DNA of 63,859 nucleotides, filler included, from Atractiella rhizophila (Eukaryota): NCBI GenBank assembly GCA_021432655.1. It is 9 parts of 9 records of this genome, joined end to end, with 100 filler letters (N's around TTAATTAATTAA, not from the genome) between each part and the next. Parts side by side here need not be neighbours in the genome. Positions count along the whole stretch, not along the records: positions 61,451 to 63,859 come from MU272220.1; 8 more parts are not named here. One strand, 5' to 3'. Shown piece by piece: positions 61,451 to 63,859 of this stretch (position 1 is its first letter; each line of letters starts with the position of its first letter). The notes under the pieces were generated by a model. It saw only the letters and a program-made list of their open reading frames with translations, ran no database searches and was not told where the DNA came from. The position numbers and the translations under genes were made by a program.

Positions 61451-63859
61451 TCGTAAGCAGGTGCACTAGGATGTTGCATGCCTCCATCTCCAAACGAAGG
61501 ACGGGAAACGCCAGCGTCTGGGTTAACAGGCCTGTAAATCTGCTGTCTCCCATTTTGGGCTAGTGTTCGTCGTCGCCTCCAGGGTTTCGAGTAAAGGAGC
61601 AGACCGACGACGGTGAGGAGAAGAATGCCGCCGATGATAGCTCCCGCAATGATCGACCGTCGACGGTAGTAGTCACGTCGCTCTCGGTAATAGTCGTCCA
61701 GCTCCTGATCGGTGAGCGCCCCTGAGACCTTCGACGCATCGTTGTCGCCATCTGCTAATGCACCAACTACCAGAGCGTCGTTCGCCGTCGACGTGTTGGG
61801 TTGCATGACCGTATCGGGCACCGCGACGGTTGTAGTCGCTGCTGGAGCGGGAACAGAAGCAGGTGTATTGGCCGGAACTGAGACAGAAACTGCTACTGAA
61901 GAAGTCTGAGGAGAGGCAGCCCCGTTGGTCACCCATCCAGAGGTAGGCGACCATGAACCGGCACCTTGCCCTGAAGTCGTATTCGAACTGGTGGTCGTAT
62001 TCGAGGGAGATGTGGGAGGTGCGACTCCACCAGGAATGAGGGGGTTGGGGTTGATGAACGCCTGGGAGAACAGAAGGCGCTCCTCATCTGTTGCAGGTAT
62101 CCAGACGTGATCTAAGGTATGAGTGGGATCGTGCCACTTTTTGGGGTCTGAACCAGGGACGCTAATGTTCTGCAGAAAAGAGGCCAGGTCGTTTTGGAAC
62201 CAGCTTGCCACTTCGGGTACCAACATTTTCTGAACTGCCATCACGTCCTTGGAAGCGGAAGGCGAGTAGTTAAAGTCGAAAACGTGGCCTGCAAACTATT
62301 CCAGCCCAGCACAATTAGGTCAGCTTCTGTCATAGAACGAAGAAACGCACGGGAATGAGATAGCCCTCTCCAGTGTCACGTCCAGTAGTGAGTGCCGAAA
62401 CAGGCAGCCATGCGTCCAATTGTCCACTGAGAACAGCAAGGCGCGAGCCGGTAATATTGAGATTTCCATACATCGTGACTTTGGACGTATCAGGCGAAGG
62501 GGGGAGAGAATTGTTGGTGCCGGGAGGGAAGAGGTCGTTACACTGCTTCTGCCAGCTGTCCATGTTGATTAATCGACTAACTAATGTAGGGGTATCGGCT
62601 GGTGCACTCGTTTGGAAGAATCCAAACTCAGAACAGTATTGCCAACTCCAGGAACGATAGTAAGATTGGTCGACACCAGTGTATGTTGCCAAATCAGAAT
62701 AATCGGTGTCAAGACAGCTTGCGATGTCTAGACCGCCACAGATATATTCCCCAACGTAATCACCCGACCATGTTGCATACGCCTTGAAAGACGTGAGGAG
62801 GTCAGTGGTCATGGCATCCGTAACGGACCCATTAGCATATGTGGTGTTCATGTCGGAAAACGCGTTCGTGACCGGCGTGTTGGGAGAAGCGAAGATGGAG
62901 AGGAGAGCCGTGTCAAGTGCCGAACTGTTGGTGGTGGAGGCGGTTGTAGTGGAGTTGCTGAAAGCGGGGTAGGTGATGTTACCGCAGAGGCTGTCGATAG
63001 TGGGACCGTACAACCCATTCGAAGGATCCCAAGTGCCGTCGCTTTGCCCGTCGTCAGCTTCGCTACGGTGCAACATAAGGAAGACGCACTATTGTCCCAC
63101 CGCGCCAGCTTCCTGCCAATCTGCAGGGCCTTGCAGCAATCCAGTTACAAACTACGGCATCAGTCATCAGTTTCCAACAATGTGTAGAATGATTATTGGA
63201 CGCACATCAAGCGGTGTCCTGACACCTGACAATCCGAAAGTCTTATAAAGCTCTTGGTTCAAACTCGAATCATTCATAGCGAGGACACGGTCGATTGCGT
63301 CGGTGAACGTCACAAGGAGGCAAGCGCAAGGCGGTGGAAGGTTCTTTCTGACCAACTATCCATCGAGACCATCCCATCCCCGTCAGTTATTGGACACGAC
63401 GAGGATGAAAAACGCACATCGTAGTATTCCCACATGTCCGCCTTCGCACCGACGACTGAAGCGCTGGCAATGTTTCCGAAGAAGACCGTAGGGTACGTGA
63501 CCTTCATAATTGCAGCTTTGGCGCCAGGATAAGATCCTCCAATCATAATCTACCGCTCTCTTCAATGGTTATCCAAGTAGGAAAAGGTATGAACATACCC
63601 AAGGTGTACCTGGAGCTCTGATATCTGTGCCCAATTCAGGGATGACGAGATTGGTAGCGAGCCAGGCGTTATCAGCAATTGATTCCTTAACGTTCAACCA
63701 CTGGAGGTTATCGACTGACAAGTCCGAAGTGGGAACGCTCGAGCCATAGTACCTACAAATACAGCATCAAGCCTAATACCAGAGACAACTGAAGCAGGAA
63801 GGGACACACCGGTGCTCCAACGCGATTCCCAGTCCTCCGAGTTCGTCCATCAGTGCATT
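61451..63859 (-). CDS. Serine peptidase S28 with C-terminal Ser/Thr linker and transmembrane anchor; both ends truncated
   Basis: ALEHR-YYG, NLQWLNVKESIAD, IGGSYPG, RSWSWQYCSEFGFFQ, GQLDAW; intron 62296-62350 joins YLIP to FAGHVFDF in frame with the 281-aa ORF containing IIAGAIIGGILLLTVVGLLLY. Confidence 0.85.

Overview
Intron-rich fungal DNA, most likely a basidiomycete (short ~47-80 nt GT-AG introns with CTRAY-type branch sites; the finer lineage is not determinable here). The window is not one locus. It is nine sequence pieces joined by eight identical artificial 100-nt spacers (44 N + TTAATTAATTAA + 44 N), so no gene-cluster inference crosses those joins. Recognisable genes: MOV10/SDE3-like SF1 RNA helicase, TPT1, a divergent pair of FlaR/adenylate-kinase-like paralogs, an SDR, a Cuf1/Mac1 copper-fist factor, prefoldin 3, acetamidase/formamidase, a bestrophin-like channel, F-box/LRR-like genes, a MedA-like regulator, TIM54, HAS1, a SET methyltransferase, PP2A catalytic subunit, p23/SBA1, NAT3, TAD2, GH128, an ABCC transporter and an S28 peptidase. 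Decayed Copia, hAT, MULE and Helitron remnants are also present. Two findings are invisible in the ORF track and emerged only from splicing by hand. (1) A minus-strand gene at 45863-46968 for a small secreted pro-peptide whose core is encoded by nine consecutive 3-nt exons, one amino acid per exon, followed by 6- and 7-nt exons. (2) A gene at 3247-6453 encoding an MLKL/HeLo-like four-helix domain + Pro-rich linker + U-box (assembled via a 9-nt micro-exon) + TPR repeats, a candidate fungal immune or cell-death E3 ligase. All splice models and domain calls were made by eye and need RNA-seq and HMM confirmation.
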